Assembly (NCBI GenBank): GCA_965644295.1
Contig: CBFFRP010000655.1
Location: forward strand, 1-64,000
Direction: 5' to 3'
Source: Paraphysomonas bandaiensis
Taxonomy: Eukaryota > Protista > Chrysophyceae
DNA: 64,000 bases
Shown: in pieces, positions 1-13,260 of the stretch
How positions within the stretch are numbered: position 1 is the stretch's first letter
Layout of the letters: each line of letters starts with the position of its first letter
Translations under genes and position numbers: made by a program
The notes under the pieces: generated by a model
What the model saw: the letters and a program-made list of their open reading frames with translations, nothing else
Told to the model about the DNA's origin: nothing
Databases searched by the model: none

Positions 1-31
1 AAGGTTTTTATATAAAAATTGGGACGTTTTT

Positions 32-140
32 GCTTTAAGCATATTCGCCATTATATCACTACAACTACATTCCAGAGCTTTAAGCATATTCGCCATTATA
101 TCACTACAACTACATTCCAGAGCTTTAAGCATTGCCATTA
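32..140. repeat. 45-bp tandem repeat, 2 exact copies plus a partial copy
   Basis: gctttaagcatattcgccattatatcactacaactacattccaga at 32-76 and 77-121, then degenerate gctttaagcattgccatta. Confidence 0.95.
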
Positions 141-147
141 TACATTA

Positions 148-330
148 TTATAAAAAAGTCATATAGATAACAAAGTAGATTTAATAAGTAGTTTTAATGG
201 TAGAATCCCGGGGTTTTACAACCTTTACAAATTTAAATTATTTTTCATTTTAATTTTTCCCTCTCTCTATATCTACTATTAAATCTACTTATTAAATCTA
301 CTTTACTATCTATATTACTTTTTATTATAA
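148..330. repeat. Imperfect inverted repeat, ~57-bp arms
   Basis: Arms ~148-204 and ~272-330; perfect 20-bp core aaagtagatttaataagtag (172-191) versus ctacttattaaatctacttt (285-304). Confidence 0.9.
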
Positions 331-458
331 ACATTATAAATAATATATAAAGTTATTAATTTTATTTAAGAATATAAATAATATATAAAGTAATTAAAAG
401 TTATTAATAATATATAAAGTAATTAAAAATATATAAAGTTAAATTAGCAAAGAGAAGG

Positions 459-488
459 AATTACAACTGCAAGCTTGCAGTTGTAATT
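459..488. repeat. Perfect 30-bp palindrome
   Basis: aattacaactgcaag|cttgcagttgtaatt is its own reverse complement. Confidence 0.95.
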
Positions 489-1050
489 GGAAACACTCGA
501 AGAGAAGAGGCCCCTTGAGGGGCAGTGGGGTAGAAAAAGAGGCCCCTCTTGTCCCTCCCCTTGTTTTTTGTTTATAATTATATTGTTTAGTTGTGTACTG
601 CAGCTTCTTTCAACTTTGGGGGAAATAAATATTTTATGAGTGTTTGTTTCTAGGTAAAATATGCATATTTTTAATCCATTTTTAGAGTTTTTGAGTAAGA
701 GTACGTTGTTATGTTATTGCTCAGGAAACTATTTTCTAACTCTTATAGCTTTAAGTTTGCCGCTGATAATCAAATAAAGTTTCCACAAAGTAGCTGTAGA
801 GTTGCATGAGCATTGTTTAAAACCTATTGTTTAGATTTCACTTAGTTATTAAAATTTCCATCAGCGTTTAAGTAGCTAGGAGTCCCGGTAGTAATCTGCA
901 ATAACTTGAGAGTTAGATAGCAGCTCAAAGTTAGCTCAAACTACACATAAACGTCGGTGTTTACTTAAAAATATTAATCAATATAAGTATATTCTAGCCT
1001 TGGCAAGGGCTACCACCCATATCTCTATATTTTTCTTCATTAACTACCAA

Positions 1051-2454
1051 CTAGGGCCATATGTGTGCTCGTATGCCCTTCCGTCTTAAATTTAAAAAGA
1101 AATCAATAGCTTCTGCTCTATTTAGGTGAACTCCATTCATTTCCCGCCACGACATTCTCCTATACATCAACCATGAATATATCGTACACTTCATACACGT
1201 TAAGTAAAAACTTACTTTGTGCCCCATGCGCAATAATTCATAATTTCACAATCGAAATGCAGCTCAAAGAAAAATTCATCGATCAATGAGGCTAGTTCAT
1301 TATTGGTGAGAAGTTCAAACGCCATGGGATTTTCAATCTTAGGAGAATCAATATCTAATTTCCATGAAATGAAATCGCCAGGTTTGCCCATAGAATTAAT
1401 TATTTTAATGTTATCTTCCGAAACTGGTATATTGAAGAATGTAATAAGGTGGCGCCAAGGAAGTGGAATTGATTCCCAGTATTTCGTTGGCTCCAGAAGA
1501 GTGTACTCGAAACCATATACGTGATCAAAATCAATTCCTCTCTGATACATGCATATTCTATTAAGTATGATCAGCTTTCTCACGAGCTATACCTGATTGT
1601 ACGCACACATAAACCAACTCAGTGAGCTCGAAAAAACAGATGTTCCACAGTCGATAAAGTATCGCTGTGAGCCAGGAGTGATCCACTTCCTTTCCGATAC
1701 GAGCACATAATCTAGAACAGCATCACATAAACTCTTCATAAACGCATAAATGCAGTGGGAGTAGATGGTATACCTGTATTACATAGATGTGCAGTCTGTC
1801 AAACGCAAATGTTATATAAGAGTACAAAAGTAAAATGAAGTACTACACCCACACAAGGTGACATGCTCTGTAAAATTTGCATACCTTATTCGTCCATGGT
1901 ACTCTTTGCTTAGACGCACACTTCTTTCCCCAAGCAAAGGGGTGTCGGAAGTGTACACTCAATGGCTCTATGTACTCAACATTAGTATATTCATGCCCAC
2001 CACAATTGCGCTTCACAATAAATTTGGACAAATGTGAAGTACGTGGAACTGTGTATGGTTCCCCCTGCATCAAAGCACGGACCTCGTACAGCCATTCAGT
2101 TGCCTCCGTAATTTCACGCTCACTCTTCACAAACTCCCATAGTCTAGGCCATGTCAAAGTATGATTATTAACAGCAGCAAATTCATGAGCTCTAGCGACA
2201 TGTCTTTTCTCATATTCACTTGATATATACTGTCTCTCTTCAGTGCATTGACGTGATTCAATTGACTTCTCAGTTACTTCATTCTTTGATCCATTAGTTG
2301 CAGCACAGCATATTGGTTTATTATCAGGAGTAAGACAGTCGTTAATAACGTTACTTCCACTAAGAGGTATTTGGAATGGATGACCCCATTCAAACCCTAA
2401 TGACATGGGAGATGAAACCATGATGAATATACATGTTATTAGTATATATGACAT
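1051..2454 (-). CDS. Secreted or signal-anchored FkbM-like SAM-dependent methyltransferase-fold protein (multi-exon)
   Basis: ORFs 1843-2454, an unlisted exon ~1592-1712 (DYVLVSERKW..RYFIDCGTSVFSSSLSWFMCAYNQ), 1212-1583 (..DFISWKLDIDSP..LIDEFFFELHF) and 1051-1233 (..LRRKGIRAHIWP*) join through GT-AG introns; FIDxG, KLDID and ELH motifs resemble the FkbM family; hydrophobic N-terminus. Confidence 0.65.
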
Positions 2455-2954
2455 GTGAAAGATACCTCTATTCGAGGTTGCTATATATGATGAACTGCTT
2501 TAAGAGAGGAGAACACGTTGCTTCATATGGACTGCTGGATGTATGTATGTACTACGAATCAACTTCTCGTACTACTATACCATACTGCTGTACTGCGATA
2601 CCATATATACAGTACACTGCTGTACTGCGATATATATATATACTGCTGTACTGGTACACCATATTCTGTATATACTCCTGTACTCTGCTTTTGTATGACG
2701 TCAACAGAATCCCTCCATATGTACAGCCAGCATTATATAATCTACTGACGTCCAGTGTACCCCAACAAGAGTACTTAGAGCAGTACATCATACACGCCTT
2801 TCCACCTACATAATACATACATATGTACAGCAGTACATACATACATGTACATACATATGAATATATCCATATATAATCCCTTGACGAGTATCTGTTTCCA
2901 TAATCATGTTTCTAAATCGGCTGATTGATTAAGTAGTCAGTTGATAAATTTCTA

Positions 2955-4413
2955 ATGGTTGGATTGCATATATTTTATAGAATAAACATTAAGCGCAGTG
3001 TTAGCTGCTCTAGGATTGCATGGTTCTCTCAGGCTTCTACGATTACTCCTAGAGAGGTCAGAGCTTTATAAAACTGCCTTTTTAGTGAGTGATGAACGTG
3101 TTTATTCAGGTTGTGATCATTGGAAGTGGTCCAGCGGGGTATACGGCGGGTATATATGCGGCGAGAGCAATGTTGCATCCACTCCTGTTTGCAGGAACGA
3201 TGCATGGTGGACAGCTAATGTTAACGTCAGAGGTAAAGCACTTGTCATATTGCTGCATTGTGATAAATCATGTCATTCACTGTTAGGTGGAGAATTTTCC
3301 TGGTTATCCGACGGGTATTTATTAGTACTTATGGGTGCATGATGCTCTGTAGTCCTCATTGTTCAACAGGTGTGTCTGGACCGCAGTTAATGGACGATAT
3401 TAGACAACAAGCCATCAATAACGGTGCTGGTGAGTCTTAGTACTATGTCTTGAACTGTATTATAGAATTGTATGCAGAGGTTGTGGATGAAGATGTTGTA
3501 CGAATGGATATTGTCGGTACTGACAGCAATCCACTATATGAGCTGCACTCAACCTCCGGGAGGCGAGTCACTGCAAGTTCAGTGATAATAGCAACGGGGG
3601 CTGAAGCTCGCTGGCTGAATAAGAAAAACGAAGATATATTTAAAGGTGAGTAGGTGTTAGGGGTGGTGCCAATTGATCACTTGTGCTGATATGTATACAG
3701 GGAAGGGTATATCAACGTGTGCGACGTGCGATGGATTTTTCTTCAGAGTGAGTGTGACATCTGTCGTGTATGACTCTGCTAAGTGTGAAATTATAGGGTC
3801 AGGAGGTTGTGGTTGTGGGAGGAGGAGACTCTGCACTTGAGGAAGCTCTATATTTGTCAAAAATATGCTCTCAGGTGACCATCGTTCACAGACGGGAAGG
3901 TTTCAGGTCTTCCAGGGTGTTACTCAGCAGGGCTAAGAACACTGAAAATATCCGATTCTTGGTCAACCATACAATACAAGAATGGTTCGCTTCTGAGAAT
4001 GATCCTACCCAGCTAGGTGGGTGATTTTATGTTTGTGCTTGTGATGACTGATGGTTGCATAGGGGGGGCTATCGTCAGGCATACCATTACTGGGGAGGAG
4101 ACGCGTTTGTTTTTCAAGGGAGGATTCATTGCGATAGGGCACACACCCTGTACCCAGTTCTTACAAAAGCAAGTTCCACTGGACGAACAAGGATATGTGA
4201 TTGTGAAAAAAGGCAGTACGCACACGGCTCTTGCGGGGGTCTTCTCTTGCGGTGATGTCACCGACAAGAGGTACGTACACAATGAGTTATACAGAGCGTA
4301 GAGCATTATTCGTGTGCAGGTACCGACAGGCAATCACAGCGGCTAGTATGGGATGCATGGCAGCAATGGATTGCGAAAGATGGTTATCTGAAAATAGAAC
4401 ACCATCGTCATGA
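2955..4413 (+). CDS. trxB: Low-molecular-weight thioredoxin reductase (NTR/TrxB type), about 9 exons
   Basis: Spliced motifs [78 protein letters not shown]. Confidence 0.95.
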
Positions 4414-5168
4414 TGAAGTAACTGTAACAGCGAACCGATGCAATGCTAATATTGTGCACCATACTGATAGTTTTGGCACACTTGTGTAGAAATTAGTCTT
4501 CTTAGGGTAATCATTTAAATTTAAAAAATATTTTTATCAACACCATCGTTTTCGATCATGACCATTTTCCTTTTTCACAGAGATTTATATTTCACGTCAT
4601 TTGTAATAGGTGGCAGTATAATATGTCGTTAGCACAACCTACTGCACTGTAACACTATTCATGTACTGTAAAACTGAATAATATAAACTATAAACCAGTC
4701 ATAGTCCCATTCTGTGCAGTCGCAACGTCCACCTAACAGAACACTACTAACACACCACAGTGCATAACGAATGTCTAATCACTTCCTTCTACACTAGATT
4801 AGCGTGTTACTTTTCATTTATTATGTATAATGTGCAATGTAGGTAAAAGTCTAGACGACAAAGCCTGTAGTTCAACGAAGGTGCTATATTCTGAAGGAAT
4901 TCAAAGCAAGCAAGAAGTGCAACTAAGAAAGTATTGAGTATATACGGAATAATTTACTCAAGCTGGCTTCCTCTAACGCTAATATTTGACGTGTGATATT
5001 GCTCTACTGGATGAGTGAAGTAAGGTTATTTTGCCACAAGTAGATTAAGCGCGTACATAGGGCATCTCTAGCTCTTACCAGAAGAAATTTCGCTAACTGA
5101 AAATAGTTTAAAACCGGGCGTCAATCAACATGCGCAAGACTTAGTTACAAGGTAATCACAGAAAGAAA

Positions 5169-5583
5169 CTATTCGAACTGAAGCTTCATAGCTGCGTCAT
5201 TCTTAGAGACTAATGCGGTCAAAGCCTCATCACCCTCAGCCTTTTTAATATATAAATTAATTGTAATAAACACCAACAAACAATTACAACTTACATGCTG
5301 TCTCACGAACCCACAGAGCGCGAAGGTGGTGTTGGTCTTAGTGGAGACACCAGTCTCGGGATCAACATTAGCGACATTGATCTACACATTGTGTGATTAC
5401 AAAAAAATATCAATATATCATAATTCTAACCTGAACCGCACCAAAGTCGTTGGCTGCAAGGATTCTGTTTGTCCACGAGCTGTATTCCATTAATATCATC
5501 TAACGATAACTGGACGATAAAATCCGCACTTACCACTTGCGGGGAATGTAAAGGTCAACAACCTCACCAGCTGCGTTCTGCAT
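5169..5583 (-). CDS. RPS21: 40S ribosomal protein S21 (eS21), 4 exons
   Basis: Manual splice gives [61 protein letters not shown]..LQFE*. Confidence 0.95.
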
Positions 5584-6218
5584 GTTTTAGTTACTGAGTA
5601 GACTATTAATAACACGTCTTGCTATGTGTAGAAGCAGAGAATAAACACACTCAATGAATGCATGTAAAATAGAGCAGTTTGACGAGCCAACCACAACCAT
5701 CTCTCAGAATCTTAAAACGACATATGGTGGTTCGAATTTTCAGTTTTTTTGTTTTTATTAGGGACTGTATTACTTTTTTTGGACATGACGTAGATTTGTA
5801 TTCCATTATACCATCACGCATATATCAGTACATGTACCTATATACCTGGAGAGAATTGTACCTATATACCTGGGCTCTATATCTCTATATACCTGCCCGT
5901 ACCCATGTACAGTACCTATATAGACCACTACATACACACATACATCTCCCTGTGTACACTGATACATCATCTCCATATACACCGTATTGGCATCCTAATA
6001 TTGAGACAACAATTATCTGTATTCCAGCCGTAGTTGTATTACAGTAATATAGAGTATATTTGCTTCAATTTATTTCCGAAAAATAAGATGCTGACTGCCG
6101 ATACGACTACCACATACTGGTGTACCTGTACCATGATTAGCTGCTCCATCACATAGTTTAAACCCCCCATATTTCAATCTATGGTGCATTGAGACAAACT
6201 ATATATCAAATTAACAGG

Positions 6219-9200
6219 ATGAATCAACCCTTTTTCCTTGATATTGGGTGTCAGGTCCATACACCATATGGCAGAGGAAATGTCATAGAAATTAGCGGTA
6301 ATCGTGTGAAGGTGGAGTTAGATGAGTGGCAGCTGACGAATGGATGTCATCCCATGCTATACACACAAATTAATGAGATTCATAAGTGTAGTTTTTGTGA
6401 TATTGGAACATGTGTGTATACGCGATATGGTGTGGGTGTATTGATTGGGTTTGATCGGGTGACTGGTATGCATACAGTGCGTCTATGGCGCCCGAGAGGA
6501 CTCGGTTCAGCTACTGCCAGTTTAAATATAGCAGATATGTATTATACGATTAAGGCAATGCCTGGTATGAAAGTTAAAACTACATATGGGAATGGTGTTG
6601 TGTTGGCGTATACTCCAAAGGATACCCAAAGTGACACTGGTCTGTATATGGTACAGTTGTCTTATGGCGTGGCCCATCTAAATAAAGCAGCAATAATTGC
6701 GTGTCCGGAAGCAAGTGTACTTCCTGTAGCAGAGTATTTAGCAGACAAGGCTTTGTATAATCTGAAGTCTACAGATTGGGGCTGGGTAGCTGGAAATACA
6801 GCTGGATACTCCTCCGTTGTATCTTCTCTCGGTGAAATATGGGAGAAGGTAAAGAGCGGAGAAACAAAGCTGGATGAGGCTCTTGCTATGAGGGCAAGAC
6901 AAATAAATGAACACGTGAGTGATATATTTTTCACGTCTTGGTATTATTATATATGGATGTGGAAAGTGGTTATGTTTTCGTTTTGTGAAAAATGGGTATC
7001 GAACACTACAGTATATGACTTCATCTGCTTCTGCTTAGCTTGATTTATGTGTACTGTTTGTGAATTTGTTAGTCGAGTATATTTGATGGCTTGATTGTAT
7101 GTATTCTTGACATTTTTACAATGTGGGTCACTCTGTGTATGGTATAGTTGGCAGCTGTGGATGTGCAGGATATGCATAGAGCGTTACAAGAGAGAGTCGA
7201 CGCTATTGTTTCCGAACCTGGCAAAATTCAGATGCTGCTTGCGGAGGGTAGAGAGCGTATCCTACGGCTCATGGAAAACGCCGAAGCGAGGTCGGAGCTG
7301 ACTGGGTCTGCCCGGGCTGCAATCGATGACTATCTTCAGGTCTGTGTCGTGTCAAGTATTATTATTGTATGTTATGAGCGGGCTGTAGGCTGGCAAGGAC
7401 CAGGTCGAACGGGCAATGGTACAGGTAAAGGAGAGCTCGACCGACAATGAGAAGCAGATCATCAGCAGCATAACAGAAGTTGGTTCAGGTTCGCGCTCTA
7501 GTGTATAAGTATGATGTTCGGTATTAAGTATAACGCGCAGACTTAAGTGGCTCTCTGTCGGTAATGCGAAATCTTGCCGAGTCCGACCCCGTTCTCAAGG
7601 TAATTTGTCAGATATATCTTACTTGAATTGGAGTGGTAAAAGGAATCTGTGCGATAGGGATTGGTGCAACAAATGGAAGGGTTATCGACCACTGTTTCAG
7701 CGAAGACCGAGAGTGCTAGAAAAGCCATCAGTAGCTCGAGAACCGCTCAGGTGCTTGAAAGTGGAGGCAGAAACCTCTCTCAAAGACTAGAATCACTATT
7801 GAGCTCTGGTGCATCGGGAAAGCCAATGGTAATTAGAATGTGTCGTGATGATGTCGTTGATGCGTGCCATAGGTGCAAGACCTTGGGAAAAAGATAATGA
7901 GCTCAATCGAAAAGGTTTAAAGTAACATATCAATCTTGTTATTGATAATGGTTTAACCCAGCAAGGAGGGTCGGAGAAGGGAAGAGCTCTTGTGCAAGGG
8001 GTCAAAGACAGGATTGTGAAGAGAATCAGTGATGTATGTTTGTCTCGTACTCACTCCGCTGGCATCTCACATACTGACAGGCTGACGCCGAGCGATCAAT
8101 TGCTCAGACCGTGGAGAAAAAATTAGTGTCTGTGCTGTCATCCTGGAAGACTGGTTTCGGCAAGGATGCGGCGGCTGTAATGTCAAGTCGGCTTACTCAG
8201 TAAGAATAAGTGTGCAGTCAAAATGGGTGTCTAACATGTACGCTAGACTTACAGTGCTGTTGACAATGATCGGAGAGGGCAATATGACTTTGGAGCAAAT
8301 GGTGTCATCCTCCAAAGCCAGCATAATGAAAACTATAAACGACCCTGCGTTCAAGAAAAGTGCATCTGATGTTGCTAGGGAGCGTCTGGCTGACATACTG
8401 GTAAAAGTCAAGGAGACTGAGGAAACCGTACAGAGCCGTCCGGTCTCAGGTATGGCGTGAATATAAGTACGATTCGCATTATGATGTACCGTATCGTAGG
8501 TTTTGAATTCCAGCGACAATTTACTATGGAAAGCAAAGCAAACCTGCAAGATACACTTGGGCATGCCTACAGTGGACTGCAAAAGTCCACAGGATTTAAG
8601 TGAGTCCGTGCCGTGTAATGATTTCATGTGGATGAGAATTTGGCATTTCAGGGGAATAGTAGAAAGCCTTGATAGCCCCTTGCTCAAGGATGTCGCGGGG
8701 CCTATTAGTACTATGGTTGAAAAGGTGTGTATTAGATCTTGGCCTGGTACTTGTTTACATCTATTTGTATTGTAGATAAAGAGCGGCTCTTTTGATATTG
8801 ATGCTGCGATAGCGGCAGCGAAGGTATACGAATTCCGTTTAAGAGTGTTTACTTATATTCGATTTCAGGAGTCTCTTGATAGTGATATCATGGAAACGTC
8901 AGCACAGGATATAGTGTCCAAGGGAGATAAAGTGGTGTCTGTTCTCGAGTCTCTAAGAAGTCATGACGCAGTCAAAAAGGTGAGATTCACTCTGGCGTGT
9001 TGCATATTTTAATAGTACACCTCAGGCTTTGACGAAATTTCAAGAGTTAGATTTGGAAAGCTCTATTTCCAGTCGTATAATGAATTTTGGTTAGTCTACT
9101 GCTTGCTAATATCGCCGTGATATAATATTCCTGTAGACCCTGATTCTGTACTCAATGAAGCTGAGTCTGCCCTTACCGATACCGAGGCTAGAAATAAGAT

Positions 9201-12180
9201 GATAAATTCTACCAAAGACCATGTATTGGGGTTCTTACTGGAGCACATTCCAAATATGTCGATTCCAGACATTCAAGGTGCGATGTTGCGAATTTTGACT
9301 GAAACGATCTTCATATTTTTGATTTACATATGTAGGCGTCAAAGATGATGTTCAGTTCGCTGTCACAAAACTCAACCTCCAGGGATTTAAATTACGCAAA
9401 GAAGGTTTGTAATAAAATTGCCAGTGGTTTGTTGATATTGTTTTGAAGACGTGAAAGTGACTCTGGGGTCATCTATGAGTGAAGAGTTTTTGAGCTGCGA
9501 GGCGAAAAATATTTCAGCTGCGTTTAATGGGGTTCGATGGAAGTACGTATGTCACAATATGTGCCTGGAATATGTCAACATTCATTATAGGTACCAGCAG
9601 CTTTATTTTCCGTATCTGAGCGGCACAGGGGTTGCTGATGCCGCAGCGCAAAACGCTTCGATTAGAATAGGTATTTCATACTCCTCTCCAATACTGATGG
9701 TAATAATCTTTAGGTTTCAAAATTGTTCGAGTACCAAAGGGTACAGTTGTGGCTTTGGCAGGTTTGCTCATACGATTGGTGTAGTGCTTCGAAGTTATGT
9801 CTTGACTTTAGAGTCCGCTGCGGAATCAATGGATCCAAGCTACAATGATGGATCTGCCTTATACTCGAGGTTTCCTGATATCCGTGACCAGGTTGAGAAA
9901 ATTCGATGCGATTTGGCTCCGGAGAATTCCAAAGCTAAGGGTAGGAATATCCCGCAATCAGGAAGCTCGGCTTCTCTTTCCAACCAAGGTATGTCTTGTT
10001 TGCTGTGATGATCCTTTCTCAGATGAGCTCTTAATTTTAGCGGGATCCATGTCATCTCCAGAAACTGTACCGGATGCGAGTCTTTGGGGCACGGTGAGCA
10101 AGTCCTTCGCAGATTATGCCTCTAATATATCGCAGGACGTGACTTCTTGGGAGCCCGTCCTGATTATGTCAAGTCGAAAAATTCAAATGGACTCTTTGTC
10201 GATAAAGATAGATGACTCCAGTCTATCATGGCTTTATAACTTGTTGGCGTCGGTGTTCACTGCAGTCATCAGGGATTATGTGTGTGCCAGTTTGAAAGAT
10301 ATGTTGGGCCAGCAGTCATCAGTGCTACTCAGTACAATCAACAACACTGCGGTTTCATACTGGCCCATTATACATAAGATACTAAAGGTACGGTGCTTAG
10401 CCGTTTTCACTGTGTTTTCAATATTGCTGCTAGGTTGATCTAGTATATTTGACTGAAGCCAAAGCTGAGGATGTTGCGGCGTTACTTGGGCCTCCGAAAC
10501 CGACAGGTACAAACTGGAGTGTGAAGTATTGATGCCGTGATAAAGTGTTGTTCTACCAGGTGGTCCCACGGAAATTACTCCACGAGAGTATGTACTGAAG
10601 TTTGCAGACCCAGGACCACTAGGGATCCAACTAGATATATTTAAGTATGACTTTTCTTTTTGATAACTTGAGTGATGTATTCTCCAGGACGGGCAAGCAA
10701 GTTCCGACAGCCAGTACTAGCGATGAAGATGTGGCATCGAAAACTGTGGTGATTGGTTCAAAGGCGATAATAACTGGTGCAGTAGAGGGTAGCCAGGCCG
10801 AGAAGCTTTTTGATGCCAGCGGCATCCGACCATTTATGGCGGGCGCCACCATATCAGCCGTCAATGGGAAAACTTTCAAAGGTTGTACATTGTAGTGCTA
10901 TGAGACACTGTATGATTGTAAACTGCAGGAGTCGATGAGGATGGAGTACTGGAGCTGCTAAGAGGGGAACGACCACTATATATAACAGTTCGGTGAGTAC
11001 AACACGTTCGTTTTACCGTACTCTTCCTAACGAACTGATTGTTTGCGTTCAGACTGTCCATGAATGGATGGGAAAGGCTGGGAATCCATCGAAGTATGAT
11101 GGCAAAAGAGAGAAATGCATCAACTCCTCCCCCAGTTGGGACAGCGGTTATGCCACCCGCTGCGTCTAGCCTTCCAGCCAACAAAAGGAAATTACGTGTT
11201 GTAAAGATTACCTTCGATGCCGGACCTCTAGGTATATCACTATGCGTTGAATAATGTAGATGTGCTAATTAATGATAGGCTTGAAGTTAAAAGAGACTAA
11301 ATCTTGCGGTGGTGCCGTTATTATTACTGGCTTCTCAAAAACGGAGCAAGATGAACCGTTACAGGCTGAAAAATCGGTTGGTGATATATGAAGAACCTCT
11401 TTGCGTGATTTTCTTTCAGGGAATGTTGTCCGCTGGCATGGTCATGCTCTCAGTTGCAGGAGAGGTCGTGTTTGGGAGACCTTTTGACGAGGCATGATTC
11501 TGACTTTTTGATATATACGCGTTGTTATTCGTAGAACAGGTCATGAATATAGTGAAAGCAGCCAAGCGGCCAATGAAGATGGTGTTTGTGCCGTCACCAG
11601 ATAAGCAGGTCAATATCATTCTATCAACTACCATATTAGGAATGCCATGTTTACTTTGGACGTTTGTAGTTTACCTTCGATTCTCCGCCCACCGATATGG
11701 TCCTGGGGAAAATAGAGGTTGGTCATACACTTTTTGTAGTTGTTTGTTTTCTTTTCACATTTTTAAATGATACAGGGATTCGTTATGGTAGCCGCATTTA
11801 AGAGTGAACAGGGCCCGGCTCAACAGCATGGTGATCTGCAACCTGGGATGGTGATTTTACAAGTAAACGGCATCTATTGATCTCTGCTGCGTTTGTGACT
11901 TTCACGTTCAGGTTAATCGGGTTACCGTTTCTTCCGATGCCGGTCCGGAAGATGTCGAAGCGATGATTGCTGAGCCATTTAAGTCTAGCGACTCTGTAAA
12001 TGCTCAAGGAAAGACTCCCAAAGTCAAGTTGGCGGTGTGTAATTGACATATGAGCTATTTTGAGTCCTCAAAAGCTGCATGTAGGTGCGTGACATGGATG
12101 CATTCATGCACTTGATTCGCATACGTGACGGCCTGGAGTCTGTCGACGACGTGGTGGATGTTAGGGACACCTACCCGTAG
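6219..12180 (+). CDS. Large multi-exon protein: N-terminal TxYGxG beta repeats, helical region, BPI/TULIP (HAM1-like) domain, C-terminal PDZ-like domains
   Basis: TPYGRG/TRYGVG/TTYGNG repeats; IPNMSIPDIQG..WKYQQLYFPYLSGTGVADA..SWLYNLLASVF; PDZ-like FADPGPLGIQL and FDAGPLGLKL..LSVAG..VMNIVKAAKRPMKMVF; ends VRDTYP*. The start could lie at 6088 through an extra exon. Confidence 0.7.
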
Positions 12181-13108
12181 TCCATTAGAAGTTTAAAAGT
12201 ACTGCACCAGAGTGACAAATATTAATCATTCTGGGAAATCTACTTAGTTCTGGAGGGTTATGTTTAAGTATATAGGTATTTTTGACTCTTTAAAACTTTG
12301 GTTCAGGTTACGTAGTTATGTTTTTATGCCGAGGCTTAGTCAACAATATATCCGATACTTATTGAAGTACTTATATTTTATATTGCGTATCTCAAAGTAT
12401 TTCAGCCAGCTGAGAAAGAAATTGGTGTATTGTTTCGTGCTTGGAGTGCTCTAAGGGTGCAACTCAGTTGTGCGCAGCAGTCACTGTATTATAAGCTTCA
12501 TGGAAAGCTTCTATGACGTATACCGTATACTTCCATTTTTTCCATAAAAGATACAATGCACTAAAGCACGTATACTATTATAATGTAAAAATACCACGTT
12601 TAATAGTTTAGGTGAAATTGTATTAGAATTATGATGTAACTAGAAGAAGATTTGCAAACGATAGCCATAATTTGGTATACTATCTATGTTTAAAACTTTT
12701 CTATTTGCCTCATGAGTTTAGCTTGTTTGTAAGCAAATAAAAGCTATATTTTAAGATCTTTGAGTTGACCGTTACTTGAAGAATACAGTAGTCGTAAACA
12801 GTATTACATGAATTAATGATATGATGTATGATATGAATTGTGTTAGTGAAGTTGAACTATATAAGATTGTGATTAACTCAAAAGTATTAATTGGTAGTGG
12901 TATCGGTATTATATAAGTTTATCCCACGCTTGTGTCAAAAAAGAATTCTTTTGACCTACATTTGAATTTTAACTTCAATATTCGGTTTGAACAGAAACTC
13001 TATTCTATATTAATGATATTATGTTGACAGTCATTGGGGAGACCCCCGGACAACGCGCGCCAGTGAGTCCAAAGACTCACGAGCAGGGCGAAACTCACAA
13101 ACAACATT

Positions 13109-13260
13109 AAGAACGGAAGTGGTCGCACCTTGGTGCTTGCGGCGACGCACAAGAAGCTTCTGTAGCGTTAAATAGTAGGATAATAGAATTTGTGCTGATT
13201 AGTTATGGGTAGCGGTCTAACTAGTATGTCTAGCATTCAACTAGCCACTATTTTGGTCAG
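13109..13260 (+). mobile_element. Dispersed repeat, segment A copy
   Basis: agaacggaagtggtcgcaccttggtgcttgcggcgacgcacaag..., high identity to 26130-26280. Confidence 0.85.

Noticed and set aside
32-140. 45-bp repeats as a CRISPR array
   Set aside because: Repeats are directly adjacent with no unique spacers, there are no cas genes, and the context is eukaryotic
1051-1583. Two small ORFs as stand-alone viral genes beside the AT-rich edge
   Set aside because: They splice through GT-AG introns into the gene starting at 2454
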